From: Actinomycetota bacterium
Lineage (GTDB): Bacteria; Actinomycetota; Actinomycetes; Nanopelagicales; Nanopelagicaceae
NCBI GenBank assembly: GCA_026393035.1
Contig: JAPLAY010000004.1
Span: 593 to 64,592, forward strand
Direction: 5' to 3'
DNA length: 64,000 bases
Positions 63,609 through 64,000 of the stretch are shown here, in pieces. The position numbers and the translations under genes are program-made. How positions within the stretch are numbered: the first letter of the stretch is position 1; each line of letters starts with the position of its first letter. The notes beneath the pieces are model-generated. The model was not told where the DNA came from. It saw only the letters and a list, made by a program, of their open reading frames with translations, and ran no database searches.

Positions 63609-64000
63609 ATGACTACTGGTCCAAATATCCCGCAAGAACTTCGCCTTGTTACTGCAATCCCGGGTCCAAAATCCCAGGAAATTATCAAGCGACGTAGCGA
63701 AGCAGTTTCGGCATCTCTCGGAATGGCATTCCCAGTAGTAGTTGAACGAGCAGGTGGCGGAGTCATCGTTGATGTTGATGGAAACTCAATCATTGATATG
63801 GGCGCCGGAATCGCAGTAGTAAATGTTGGTAATAGTGCGGATCGCGTAGTTGCAAACGTTATTGACCAAGTTAAAGCATTTACACATACCTGTTTCATGA
63901 TTGCGCCATACCTTGGTTACATCGAAGTATGTGAAGCGCTAAATAGATTGACACCAGGAACCCATAAGAAGAAATCTGTACTACTTAACTCGGGCGCTGA
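63609..64000 (+). CDS. gabT: 4-aminobutyrate aminotransferase, 5' part (runs off the window; absent from the ORF track)
   Basis: My translation: MTTGPNIPQELRLVTAIPGPKSQ...DVDGNSIIDMGAGIAV...FTHTCFM..PY..Y...LLNSGA. Confidence 0.88.
   Translation, partial: MTTGPNIPQELRLVTAIPGPKSQEIIKRRSEAVSASLGMAFPVVVERAGGGVIVDVDGNSIIDMGAGIAVVNVGNSADRVVANVIDQVKAFTHTCFMIAPYLGYIEVCEALNRLTPGTHKKKSVLLNSGA

Noticed and set aside
63563-63898. 111-aa minus-strand ORF
   Set aside because: Antisense shadow of gabT, which is recognisable on the plus strand.

Overview
Mostly core chromosome of a compact, moderate-GC actinobacterium. Short spacers, actinobacterial gene order and many leaderless genes suggest a streamlined freshwater acI / Ca. 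Nanopelagicales-type genome (inference). The first ~2.1 kb is the AT-rich edge of an element integrated at tRNA-Val(TAC): a tyrosine integrase convergent with a 5'-truncated protein made of tandem Cys-rich zinc-ribbon repeats plus a GIY-YIG/T5orf172-like C-terminus. The rest is housekeeping: ahpE-DUF3052-aceE, transporters, murA, the atp operon with two AtpZ-like genes, wecA-glyA-tsaC, hflX-dapF-miaA-miaB, recX-recA, clgR-cinA-pgsA-rimO-rodZ-ftsK-rnj-dapA-thyX, dapB-pepR-pnp-rpsO-ribF-truB-rbfA-infB-ylxR-nusA-rimP, proS-ispG-rseP-dxr and the start of gabT. The best leads are (i) a chain of three coupled mini-ORFs with a hairpin directly upstream of infB, (ii) the AB-AB zinc-ribbon repeat nuclease on the integrated element, (iii) a TsaC/Sua5 homologue that has lost its catalytic motifs, and (iv) several ATP synthase oddities. 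All family assignments come from motif recognition by eye; no database search was run.
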